A stretch of 64,000 bases of DNA, from NCBI GenBank assembly GCA_001179505.1, contig CDMY01000510.1:124001-188000 (forward strand). Direction: 5' to 3'. The notes beneath the pieces are model-generated. The model had not been told where the DNA came from and made no database searches. It saw only the letters and a list, made by a program, of their open reading frames with translations. The stretch is from Vitrella brassicaformis CCMP3155 (Eukaryota > Protista > Chromerida). Each line of letters begins with the position of its first letter. Within the stretch, counting starts at the first letter, position 1. The translations under genes were made by a program, and so were the position numbers. Below are positions 37,401-48,910 of the stretch, in pieces.

Positions 37401-39788
37401 CGGAGCCGCCTTGGTGTAGATGGGCACGTCAAGGGAGCGCTGGGGGTCGATCTCGTCCAGCCTGCAGACGTAGCCATGGGTCCGCTGGGCCATCTTGAGG
37501 ACCATGTTGCGGTCCACCTCTGTCAAGGGCTGCGGATACACGTCAAATATGTAGCTGTTGACACACATGTGACCCACACACAACACACAACACACGAACC
37601 AATGCTGGTATGCTGTCTGTGTGTTTGTATGTGTTGATGGAGGGTTACCTGAGTGCGGCTTCGAGTGTCTGTCTGAAGCTGTTGAGTCGCCTGGCTTTGG
37701 CGAAGAGCTGGAGCGGTGGATTGGGCGTCTCCCACCACTTGAAGGGGATGGTCTGGGTCTCCTTCTTGACGTGGCGGCTGCGGTGGGGCAGCACCGACTC
37801 CTCCAAGACAGACTGCAGGCATGAATGCATCAAACAATCGCAAAGGGAAAAACACGATGCCCATTCATTCTTCCTCCTCCTGTGTGCGGATGGTACCTTT
37901 CTGATGTTGTCCAGGTAGCTGGCGGCAGCCTGTGTGCGGGCCGCCTCGTCCTGGATGGGCAGGTCGTCGTCATCCTCAAGCTGATACTGACATGTCAAAC
38001 ATACACACACGGGCATACACACAGAGACTCCAGTCCAGCCAGCCACGGATGTGTGTGTGTGTGTGTGTGGATGGGCGAGGCGCACTACTACCGAGTAGAT
38101 GTGTGCCATGAGGTGGAAGGCAGCGTCCATGAGGTCGTGTGCCCGCAGCACCCGCCACTGCTGAATCCGCTTGCCCGTCGTGTGGTCGAACCAACGCGCG
38201 CTCTGCATCGGCTCCCAGTTGCCGTCTGCTTGCAGCAAGACATACACGCACACGATTGATTGCTTGTATGCTCTTCTGTCTGTCTGTCTGTCTGTCTGGG
38301 TGTGTCTGTATGGTACCGAATGATGGCGCCGTGGGTATGCCCTCCTGGACGGCGGCCTGCCACACGTACTGCTGCTCGTCGGGCTCCCACACCAGCCAGT
38401 TCGCCCCCAAATCAACCTGACACCACACAACACACAGCACACTCGCCACACGTGTCGATGATGCTGGATGGATGTGCTGATTGGTTGTCTGGCGGTCGGG
38501 TGGGTGGGTGGGTGGTATACCTTGGCCTCGTCCAGCCCCTCAACGGCAGGAAAGGTGTGAGTCAGCACACGACCACCGTACCTACAAACCCACACACGTA
38601 CATCAAAGACAAGGAAGCGACAAGAATGACACACAGTGGGGAAAATGTGCATCCCTCGCAAGCTGACCTCTCCCTGGCCTCGAGGATGAGCACCGAGAAG
38701 CCCCGCTTCCTCAGCTGAGCAGCCGCACTCAGCCCCGCCACTCCAGCACCAACAATTATCACATGATGGTCCACACCATCAGGCAGACGCGGCGGCTCAA
38801 ACGCACTGTTGTGTCCAGGATGGGGCGGCCTCGGTCCCTTCACTCGTGGCTTGTTCCACTTGTGAACGATCTCCTTGGGCGCGGGGCGAAAGTCACTGGC
38901 AGGGATGGGCAGCGGGCCGCCCTGCCGTGTGCGATCATAGTGGATGAGGAATGACATGTGCTCGTCGGGCTGCTCCCGATGGGCCATGAAGTCGTCTTCC
39001 TGGTAACCCACGTCGGGAATCCTCCGTGCCGAGTCAGCCCCGCCCCTCGGCGACCGCATGCCGCCCTCCTCACCGGCACCACCCCTCCCCTCTCTCCTCC
39101 TCATGCCCTTGACGCTCCGGTCGGTCTTGTTGAGCCATCTGTCGAGCAACTCCTCCTCGCTCTCGTCGCTGCCGTGGTCGCTGAAGTAGGGAGGGGCGTC
39201 GGATGGGACGTCCAGGTCCGATGGCAGGTCGTCCTCCTCTGACGGGGAGGGGGAGGGGGAATTGGGGGCGAGGGGCGGGAGGAGGGCGTCAAGGTCGTCA
39301 AGGTCGTCAAGGACGTCGGGCAGGGCAGCCGCAGCAGCTGCGCTAGACGCCTCACCTAATGATCAATAAAAACACAGACAGAGAGACAGACAGACAGACA
39401 GGATATCCTCAGACCCACACACCACACCCCCTCCAGTAGTCTATCTAATCTATCGCCCATTCCAATGATTCCCACCTGCGTCGGTGTGGTCAGGGAATAT
39501 GGCCATGGCTCTGTGCACCTCCAGCTCGTCCCACACGAGCTGCTCCATGTGGTCCAGGAACCGATCATAGTTGTCCAGCTGCTTCGAGTGCCGCATCCTC
39601 TCAATCGCCTCCTCGCCGCCCCGAGGCGTCCCATCGGCACCTGCCAGCCACTTCCGATAGGTCTCGTCAAGGGTCTCCCCCGGCACCAGGGGGTTCCGCT
39701 GTGCCCCGTTGGGAGCGATAGATGGGTCTGGCTGATGAATGCCGCTGTCCTCGGCCTCCATACGGTCCATCTCGTCCATCTCATCCAT
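31490..39788 (-). CDS. Flavin-dependent amine oxidase (LSD1/KDM1 or polyamine oxidase family) with a giant internal insertion, multi-exon
   Basis: HVIIVGAGVAGLSAAAQLRKRGFSVLILEAR (FAD dinucleotide fold), GGRVLT, VDLGANW, CEVKTADG..VIVTVPI|GVL, IEFDPPLS, GCHNKVCMRF (conserved Lys), TRWDTDPFSLGSY and VFFAGEATS..CVHGAAHSGVRAA. No SWIRM domain recognised. Interrupted by an N-gap. Confidence 0.85.
32871..33170. other. Assembly gap (300 N)
   Basis: Run of N inside the amine oxidase insertion exon. Confidence 1.
33428..35220 (-). repeat. Four copies of an unrecognised ~100-aa protein domain within the amine oxidase insertion
   Basis: Copies at ~34862-35220, ~34330-34676, ~33895-34190 and ~33428-33782 share C..A[YF]...C, L..KA.F, V.V.[VL]GP[FL]PDG.[GD]G, Y[VI].[AE].[VF].R, and W...L..K motifs. 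Confidence 0.8.
35863..35895. repeat. (GTCCTT)n hexamer repeat encoding a (KD)n tract on the minus strand
   Basis: Five tandem GTCCTT units; translation DKDKDKDKDKD. Confidence 0.85.
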
Positions 39789-40082
39789 CCTCGCGGCTGG
39801 CGTCAACGATCTCACAAGGGGGAGGAGGGCGAGGGGAGGGAGTGGTCCGTCGATAAGCTGCGGCTTGTGCTGTGCTCACAGGGTCAGATGCGGCCTCTCA
39901 CGCGGCCCTGCCTATGGATAGACACAAACTGACGTCAGCAAGTGCCGTTTCTCTCTGAATTCATTGCTCTCAAAACTCCGTCGGGTGCTGCGTGCTACGG
40001 AAGACCAAGAATACCGAGAGGATGCCGCGAATCGTTTGCGAGCCACATGGCATTGCGAGCTTGGGGAAGAAAAGGGAACGAA

Positions 40083-42705
40083 ATGGCTTCCCCTGTTAGT
40101 CCCATCTCCCTCCCTCCCTATCCCCAGCCGCACGTGGCCAAGACCACGCCCTCGTCCTCACGCGACGCCGCGAGCCACCACTTGATGTCATACTCTGATC
40201 TGGAGCACGTCCGCACACTCGCAGACGGATGGCAACGTTCTCTCGATGTGAGTAGGCAGGCCACGGGAGAGAGAGGGCGGCAAGAGGGATCACCGAGAAA
40301 CTCATGCGGATTTGCTTGCCTGGTTGTTTGTTTGTTTGTGTCAGACGTGCATCGAGTACTGGGAGGCGGGTCTGCAGGAGGAGGCGGGCCAGATGCTCTC
40401 CAAGACCAAACAGGAGATGGACTTGTTCTTCGTAAGCACCCAAACACACACACACACAACACACCACACAAGAGTGAGCACCTGTTGCTGTTGTGCGTTA
40501 ATTGCGCAGGAGGAGGTGACGAAAGCGACACCGTGGGAGCACGTGTCGACCCCCAAGAGCGGCGTCATCATCGAGGACGCCTCCGAAGACAAGACCATCC
40601 GCGAGTCCAACACCTGCCGATACATTCTCAACCTATGCCCCATGCCACAAGCGGCAGACGGGCGACGCCGTCCCAGGGGCGGCAAGGGCCCACGGGCGAT
40701 GCACCCGGTCTTCCAGGACGAGGCGCTCGTGGACATCCTCAGTGCCCTCTGCCAGCGGCTCAATGCTTGCCCCGTCCTCGCAGAGATCCGCCTTGCGGAA
40801 CAGGCAGACGAGGAGATGCTCCTGGAGGAGGCCAAGGCAGGCGTGCGCAACGAGGAGACCCCCGAGACCGCCGACACGCCGTCCCAATCCTTTGTGGCCG
40901 ATGGGGCGGGCGGGCCGCCATCGCCGCAGCTTGACCCCTTTGGATGGGATCACCGGATGTGCGAGGCGGAGAGCGAGGCAGAGGAGTTCCGGGAAGGCGG
41001 CTTCCGGCTGATTCGGCCGATCCGCGGGTGCGACGAGGACAGGGAGCGTCGTGAGGGGTTGGAGGATCTGGAGCGGCTGATCGGCGAGGTGGAGTGGCTG
41101 CTCGAGGCGGAGCAGGTGACGCTGGCCTACAAGCGGCTGCAGGCCCTCAAGCGGCGGACCGTCGAGCACCTCAAGAAAACGGGCGGCGGCACACCCACCC
41201 CCTCTTACACCTTCCTCTCGACGAGCCATAGCCAGCCGCCCTCGCCCACCCTGTCATACGGCCATGACGGATCCCCACAGCACAGCCCCACCCACCACGG
41301 CAGCACGCGACGGCGAAGGCCCAACCTGCGGTCGCAGCTGGAGCGGCTGGGCGTGGCAGGGGCGCACAGGAAAGTGCTGGACGAGAACACTGTCAAGAGG
41401 CTCAACTACCGGATGGCCCGCATCGAGGGGGTCAACGAGCTCATGATGGCCTCGCCAACCGACCAGGCTTGGCGGGCCGTCTCCCACGACGCATACGACT
41501 TCAGGTGAGCAAGAGAGAGAGGAGAGGAGAAGACACATCGATGACAGGGATGGGATGGATGTGCCTGCTGGGCGTCCGTCCACTCTGTGTGTATGTTGGG
41601 TATGTATGTTGCAGATGGCGTTTTGACGAGGACGGGACGGCGATAATGATGATTGAGGGTGTGCTCAACTCGGACCTGTTTTCGATCATGTGTCTCATCT
41701 ACGAGTGCGACTACCACAACAAGTGGCTGCCATTCCTCACCGAATCGTCCACCTACCACATAGTCGGACGCCTGCAACAAATCGTGGTCCACGGGTCAGT
41801 GAGCCAGCCAGGCCACACAGACACACGCACACCCACCCCCTCCAGTAGCGACCTGCCTGCCTGCCTGGCTGCTTGCCTCAATCAGATATGCGCTGCCGTG
41901 GCCGTTCGAGCCGCGTGAGGCCGTGGCTTATGGGTTTGGCACAAACGCGCTGGAGGACCCCGACTTCCACTGCGTCATGGTGGTGGCGTGGAGCGTGCCC
42001 AACGAAAAGACCTACTGGGACGCACCGGTGCCTGGCGCGAGGGACGGCGTCATCAGAATGAATGTGTAAGCCCTTAAGGCACGACAAGGAAGGCAGTGAA
42101 GTGAGTGAGCATTGCACCTCCACGCCTCCCTCCTCGTGTGTGTGGGTGTTCAGTGAGCATTTTGCGTACTACTTTTACCCCGAGAGTGAGAAGTCGACTC
42201 GCATGAAGGTACTGCTCAAGATCGACCCCAAGATCGCATTCGTCCCACTGTGGTAAGTGTGGGCAGACACACACAGACACACAGACAGACACACAGAGAG
42301 GGTCAGAGAGCAGACTGAGACGCGCCAGACCTCTCTGTCTGGTTTGTGTGGCTGTATGTGTGTGCAGGTTGCAGAACTACATAGCCCGCTTCATCTGCCA
42401 GTGGATGTTCAGAAACATCCTCAAGTACGTGGCCGCGCGCAGAGAGGCTTCCAGGAACACATACGCGCCCACATGTGTGTCTCTGTGTGTCTTTTTTGTG
42501 TGCCTCTGTGTCTTTTTCCCTGTCTGCTATATATAGGTGCATCAAGAACTTCAAGGGCAGCGTGTGGGAGAAGCGGATGAAGGAGCGGCCAGAGGTGTAC
42601 GAGTGGATCAGGCGGGAGGTGCAGAAGTTCTACGAGAGCGACACATTCAAACAGAGGAAATGTGCGGCAGCCAGCACAGACACCAAGGGCAAAGGGGGCA
42701 GGTAG
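40083..42705 (+). CDS. START/SRPBCC-like lipid-binding domain protein with long N-terminal extension, multi-exon
   Basis: Spliced C-terminal half reads IEGVLNSDLFSIMCLIYECDYHNKWLPF...YALPWPFEPRE.V.YGFG...DPKIAFVPLW|LQNYIARFI, as in START-fold proteins. Ends GGR* at 42705. Confidence 0.7.
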
Positions 42706-43866
42706 GAAGGGTTATATTATTGACGGAGGAAATTGACCAACCAAGGAGGGAGTGAGGGAGGGAGGGAGGGAGGGAGTGGGTCGCTGGTCGGTAGGTCGGT
42801 GGGGGGTGGGTGGTTTTCCTCCTTTCAGTTCGTTTCACACACATTCCATACGCACACTGCTGCTGGTTTTGATGATGATGATGATGATTTGTGAAGGTTG
42901 CGTGCCCATCCCCATCCTTCCGTCCATCTTGATCAAAGTGCTTTGTGTGTCCCATGGTGCCTGCCTGCCTTCCTGCCTGTTCGCACAGGGGTACCACTAC
43001 AGTTGCTACGCGCCTTCTGGCCAGCTTAGCTGTGAGTGGTACGCTTATGACCGACCCATCCATCAGATCGACCGATACCCAATTCATAGAGTGAGCCTTT
43101 GCTTTTGCCACGTGTCTGTCCAAGTGAGTGTAGTGTGCCGGTTCAGTCGTGTTGCGTTCGTTCGTCGTGCTGCGGGGCTGTCAAGCGTGAGTGCTTTGTC
43201 TCACCTTTTTCAATGCCTGGATGCCACTGTGAATGGATGCAATGATTGGAATGGAATGGAATGGGGTGTAGTGAAGGTGGGTGAGGGAGATGTGAGAGGG
43301 GGGCTGTGCGGGGTGGGGGGAAGAGGCTGTGTTGTGGTATGGTGAGACGGGGTGGTGGTCACTTGAATCTGCGAGTGAGCTAACCAGCCAGCCATAGTGG
43401 GTGGACGCGATGCAGTGTCGATGGATGGCATGGGTCTGAATTTAGAGTGTGTGACGTTGCGTGGGTTCAGTCGTTCCCTGGGTCAAGGAAGGAAGGAAGG
43501 AAGGACGGACAGCCAGGCAGTGTTAGACAGTCAGCCAGGTCCGGTCTGCTTGCTGTGTGCGTCGTTTTGTATCTCATGACATACATGCATGTATGTTCGA
43601 TCGACATGGTACCTATCGATTTGTGCACTGTGTGCAATGCATTGCATGTACCTATCAAGATCGGAAAAATACCTGTCTGACATGACAGCCAGCCAAAGTG
43701 AAACCTGTCTGGTCCATACGTAGCTGTACAAGGGTGCATGCAGCGACCATCCATCCAACCAGCCCCCCTTTCCCCCTCCCCCGCCACCAGCAGCCACTCT
43801 CTATCCCAAGCATCACTTCCGCTCACCCAACAAACCAATACACCCACCCGTGGGTTCACCCCTCCT

Positions 43867-44238
43867 TCAGTTCCACATGTCGCGGCGCATCCCTCCAGTT
43901 TTACATGTCGCGGCCCTGCCCGTCATTTTGCGGTTCTTGGTGGCGTGCAGGGCCTCGCGCTCCTCGGCAGCCTTCCTGATGTTCTCGCGCATCTCGCTCC
44001 TCTCCTCGGCCGTCAGCTGAGGGGGCGCCTGTCGATGGACTCCGACGGCTGCGATGGACCCGCCCGGCTGCCTCGGGGGGTCGAAGTCGCGCGGCGTCGA
44101 GGCGGTGGTTGTCAAGGCGGTGGTTTGTGCCACCGTCGACGCCTTCTGAGTGGTGGTGGTGGCGACGCAATGGATGAGCAGCGCGACCCCAAAGAGCACC
44201 CAAAGCGCCAACGCAACGGCGAGGATTTCCCACACCAT
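43867..44238 (-). CDS. Small single-pass membrane protein with VCP/p97-interacting motif (SelS/VIMP- or SVIP-like architecture)
   Basis: Single 123-aa ORF. N-terminal TM ILAVALALWVLFGVALLIHCVA. RENIRKAAEER matches the VIM consensus R-x5-AA-x2-R exactly. Confidence 0.65.
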   Translation of the reverse strand: MVWEILAVALALWVLFGVALLIHCVATTTTQKASTVAQTTALTTTASTPRDFDPPRQPGGSIAAVGVHRQAPPQLTAEERSEMRENIRKAAEEREALHATKNRKMTGRAATCKTGGMRRDMWN

Positions 44239-44531
44239 GGCCGGAAACTGACCAAGGACGACAATGGTGGGTGGTCTGCCGTGGTATGGCTGTAAATTCC
44301 AGCCTAAAGGGGTACTATCGCAAGCTGACGTGTGATTGTTGGGATGGTTGGGTGTCAGTCAAAATTTGCGGCTCGGTTTAGGGCCCTTCTTTTCCGTGAA
44401 ATCGCCGCGGGCGGAGAAGAGAGGAGACGAGAGCAAGACAAGAGAAAATGGGTCTTCTCCCATGTCTAATCTCCCACCGACAACCCTCGTCCCTATTGCC
44501 TGAGCATCTACACTCGAGAATCTGAGTCACA

Positions 44532-45530
44532 ATGCCGTCTGTGGTGTATGTGGTGGACGCTGAAGCCCCTCAGCTGCACAACGAGGAAGCGTCTCACACT
44601 GGTGCTGCGGCCAAGTGCGCTCCTCCCGTTCTGCCTTTCGACTTCTTTGGGTTGAAGGTTCTTCTGAGCAAGCCTTTGACCAGGGTGAGGAACACGCCAC
44701 ACGAATGCACGACAGGGTTCATCCTATCCCGTGCTTTGTCTTTGGTCTTTGTTCTGCCTTCCTTCTGCCTTTAGGTCGAGGGCAGTGACTTCTATGGGTT
44801 CATCTTGACCCACCAGCTGCTGCTCTTGGCTCCGGTGGTCTTCGCGGTCCCCCAACACTTCCGTCTTTATGACACGTACTACTACTCTGACATCTACTAT
44901 TTTTATGAGGCCCCATTAGCCCTCATCATCGGCCTCTCTATCGCAAGTTTGGTCCTCTTGGCCTTCTGCTGCTGGTCCTTCTTCGCAAGGATGTCAGTCC
45001 TGGCGCCTCGCAGCGGTGCGCACTTCCCTCACAGCAAAGCGGGGTGGCAGCTGACGACCCACATCATCCAGCTAATCCTACTCAGCAGTTTCCTTTATTT
45101 CGTTCCGTGGTTTGACGTACTTGTCTCGGCGATTCTCTCTGAGGCTCGCTGGAACAACAATGCCCCCTGGGTCCTGTGGGTAGTTTTCACGCTCGTCCCC
45201 ATCGGTGTTGTGGGATTGTGGGTATTGCTTTTCGTGCTGGTCACTCGGTATCTGGGAACGTATGCCATCTCGGGGGAGCATGCGACTGCACTGGCCATGG
45301 CCTGGAGCACTGTGTACTGCGACACTATGCGGTGTGTCGCTGTGCCCTTTCTGTTTGTGGCGGCACTGTCTAAGAGTTCCTACTCACTCCTCTGGGTTTT
45401 CGGTCTGGCCATGGCCTTGTGCTTGATCGTGGTGCTAATCCGTCTGGTGCTGTCGCTTTTTTCGGCGAAGCCCGCTTCATCTCATGGCAGACCATTGCCC
45501 GCAGCCCCTGCTCCGCAACCATATGTGTAG
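44532..45530 (+). CDS. Multi-pass (about 6-7 TM) membrane protein, 2 exons
   Basis: Exon 44532-44684 splices in phase to 44775-45530 (LTR|VEGSDFYGFILTHQLLL). Six to seven hydrophobic segments. Confidence 0.7.
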
Positions 45531-46307
45531 GAGCGGTGAGATGGATGGATTGGTGGGCTGCTTGTGGGTCGTGGTAGTCCGTGAGTGAGCAGCGTGCATC
45601 TTTGGTGAAGTACGTCTGTGTGTGTCCATGTGTGCGTACAGCTGATGTGGTGGATACTGATGTGTATTTGTGTGAGTGTGTGAGTGGATCGGCTACGGGC
45701 CTGCTGGCGGCCGACTGGGATACAAGCGGCAGATAATTCATGCTGCCGTCTGTCGATAGGTCTGTCGGCCTTCGTGTTGGGTGCTGCATGTCTTGCCTGC
45801 ATGATGTCTGGAGCAGAGACGTACGTGACCTATGGTGCAGCGACTGTATTGATTGCAAGCTGACGCGTCGATTGGTGGTGTGGATGCGTTGGTTGTCAGT
45901 CAAAATTGAGACGCAGGCATGAAGATCAATCCATCTGTCGATGCAATGCATGCACTCACTCGGTCTGTCATGTGTGTACAAGGCCGCGTCTTCCGCTGCC
46001 GCTGCCACACTGGCCCTCTTCTGTCAGTCATCAGCCCGACTTCACCTGAAAAATACACAGACGTCCATCCATTGATTCACTCACTCATCCGTCTTGCCCG
46101 GTGCCACCCACCCACCTCATAGACAGCGATCTCCTTTGCGGTTAACATGTCGTCCGCCGCCAGTGTGCCCTCGCCGTTGCTGTATTGCTCCCCGATGTAG
46201 CCGGCCGGTAGGTCATCGTTCTCCACCCACTGATGCATCCTGCGCATTCATCTACAGTACAGCTCATTCATCGACAGTGTCCTTTTTACCCTTAGACAAA
46301 GCGGTAC

Positions 46308-47465
46308 CTAGACAATCTTATGTGGACACAACGGTGGCACTGGCAGTCGAACTAATGGCTGTGTCCCTGAGGGATTGTCATGGTAGAACTGCGGTCCCGC
46401 GTACACAAACAGAGCAGGATAAAGCGGCGAGAGGCCCAGCAACACCGCGTGAGTCAGCAACATCCCCACCGGCGCCGGCAGCCGCTTGTCGAGCTTGAGC
46501 CGCGCCTCCAGATAACATCCGACGCCGTTGAGAACGAAGAACATCAACGCCGGAAAGGGGCTCGCACTGAACGTCACGACGGCGACGTGCATATGCAGAA
46601 GTCCACTGACGAGGAAGGCAGCCATGGCAGCGCCGGCCGAGGAGAGGCCGGGTTGCTCCTTGAGCGGTGTGAACACGGACTGGTGCAGCAGGGTCGATAC
46701 CAGGCGGTTGTATCGGCGGCCCCAGAACTCTCGGAGGGAGGTCGACGTGATGGCCCAGTCGTTGAATGGCAGCATTTCGTAGCGGTCCAGGCTGAGCAGA
46801 GATACCAGTGCCATCTGCATGTCCTGGACGAACGTCATCGAGAAGAGATTGACGGCCCAGATCAGCATGAATTGCAGGGTCAGCCAGTAGTCGCTGCGAA
46901 GAGCATTGCCGCCTCCTTCAACGCCTTCCAGACACCCCACAAGCCATTCCTCCGACATAGCTGCAATCGACTGTTTCGCCAGCGCCCCGACAGCGAGCGT
47001 CGCAGTGTCCAGCAGCCAGGCAGGCCGAGATCTTGCAAGGTGATCACCGCCTTCAGCCGCTTTGCGCCGACTGATTGGCAGGAAGAACCAGAGAAAGCCC
47101 AACGTGTAGTCAGTCAGCTTCAGGTGACTTCGAGCTTCATGTGGCAGCATCACTTGGTGGACCAACCGAATAGATAGCATCCACAGCAGGGAGCAGGTCA
47201 TCATGGAGACCACCGAGCCGCTCTCGAGGTCTTTGCAGCCGAGGAAGATGAGTAAGGTCGTCATCGATAGCGCCAAACCGCCTCTCATCCAAGCATTGGT
47301 GAGACGACGCACCACGAAGTAAGAGAAGGCCAAAAGGGCGACGCAGGCGATTGGGATGCTGTATGCGAGGGTCATGCTCACGACATAATGTAAGCGGGGC
47401 AGATGCGCAAGTGGGTCAGCTGTGTACTGACCCACTTGCACTTGCGCGGACTGGACTGGACTCAT
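46308..47465 (-). CDS. MBOAT-family wax synthase-like O-acyltransferase (MBOAT_2), single exon
   Basis: PFNDWAITSTSLREFWGRRYNRLVSTLLHQSVFTPL and AAFLVSGLLH (catalytic His), with multiple TM helices. Confidence 0.85.
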   Translation of the reverse strand: MSPVQSAQVQVGQYTADPLAHLPRLHYVVSMTLAYSIPIACVALLAFSYFVVRRLTNAWMRGGLALSMTTLLIFLGCKDLESGSVVSMMTCSLLWMLSIRLVHQVMLPHEARSHLKLTDYTLGFLWFFLPISRRKAAEGGDHLARSRPAWLLDTATLAVGALAKQSIAAMSEEWLVGCLEGVEGGGNALRSDYWLTLQFMLIWAVNLFSMTFVQDMQMALVSLLSLDRYEMLPFNDWAITSTSLREFWGRRYNRLVSTLLHQSVFTPLKEQPGLSSAGAAMAAFLVSGLLHMHVAVVTFSASPFPALMFFVLNGVGCYLEARLKLDKRLPAPVGMLLTHAVLLGLSPLYPALFVYAGPQFYHDNPSGTQPLVRLPVPPLCPHKIV

Positions 47466-47648
47466 CACGGTCAACCACGACTGCCGACAAGCGATGCCAT
47501 TTCCTGTCGTTGATCAGTTCATTCCAGCTCGCCATCCCTCGGCTTAGCTCGCATCCGCGGGAGAGATCTTTTTCACCGTCAGTGAGGTGGTGGTGTTTGT
47601 TCTGTGTGTCTGTTGCAGTGCTTCTCGACGAGCGGGGAAGGGAAGGAT

Positions 47649-48910
47649 ATGGCGCTTCCTCCCTCCCTGTCGCCCTCGAGCATTCTGCACTTCTGGTTTG
47701 GCAGCATGTGTGACACTGAGCTGAGGGACCCCTCCCACTGCGGCGTCTTAACGACACGGTCGGGCGCTGCAGCGATGCATTGTACCGCCTGAAAGAGGAA
47801 GATGCGTACAGGCATGCAATGTGATGTGTGGCTTGTTGGTTGGTCTGGTGGCAGGGGCTGCTGTTCGTGGGGCTTCAATCCGCTTCCTAGCTTCGAGAAA
47901 GCCCTGCAGGAATCCGCACACCTCATTACGTGGGTGGCAAATTGGGAGGGCAGCCGACCGAGACAGACAGACAGACAGACGCGTGTACCCTTGCGCATCT
48001 ATCGTCTGCTGCAGTGCGGTGAGCAATGGTGTGGGCGGCGATGAGTGGACGAGTGCCTTTGGCCTGTTGGCGCAAGTCATCGTGCTTGACCAGTTCACTC
48101 GCAGCATACACAGAGGTGGGTCAGTCAGCCGACACACATCATCTGACTGTCAGACAAATCATGTCATGGCTCGTCTGTGTGTCTTGTGCATGTGTGCAGG
48201 AACGAGAGAGGCGTTTCAGCACGATGAAAGGGCCGTCGAGCTTTCGCGGCAGGTAGGTACATCATCCCTGCCATGGACCGACCATTCACTCTGTCAGTCA
48301 TTTCATGGTCTCTTTCGTTCAATTGCGCAGATGGTCGACTCTGGTTTGCTGCATCAGCTCAAGGGATGGCAGAAACAATTTGCAGGTGGTCGAGTGAGTG
48401 CAAGAGGGAGACGCATGCCAGCCGGCGTGGCGTGGGGTCGGACCAAAAGTGCTCTGTGTATGTATGCCCCCACCCCTCAGTGATGCCGCTGATGCACTCG
48501 GAGTGTCTCGACGACCAAGACCTACGTAGGCAGGCCAAAGGACATAGTTGCATAATTGTGGCCACGTTGGTGTCTGCTGGTTGTTCAGTGGTGTCGCTGC
48601 TCACCGAGTGGTCGAAGAGTGAGCCGCTGTTCAGACGACAAATCGACTTTGCCAAGGCACACAGGCATGATTGCATGCGACACACGCACACACATAACGT
48701 CATTCGGGTTTCCATAATCGTTTGTGCAGGGATGTGGTTGGGCGTTTCGGTCGCAGGCCCCAGCGCAACTTCGCGTTGAACCGGGAGTCGACGGCCGAAG
48801 AGCTGGCATGGTTCGTCAGTGACGAGATGCCGCAGTGGTGCGTCACACAGATTCCCAAACAGACTTTGGAGAGACTCAAGGCAGACAAGGACAAGGGAAT
48901 GCTGAAGTGA
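47649..48910 (+). CDS. DUF924 family protein, multi-exon
   Basis: ILHFWFG; LLAQVIVLDQFTRSIHR|GTREAFQHDERA; MPLMHSECLDDQ; AKAHR|DVVGRFGRRPQRNFALNRESTAEELAW. Confidence 0.85.

Noticed and set aside
46380-47177. 265-aa plus-strand ORF
   Set aside because: Antisense to the MBOAT gene, with no independent motif.
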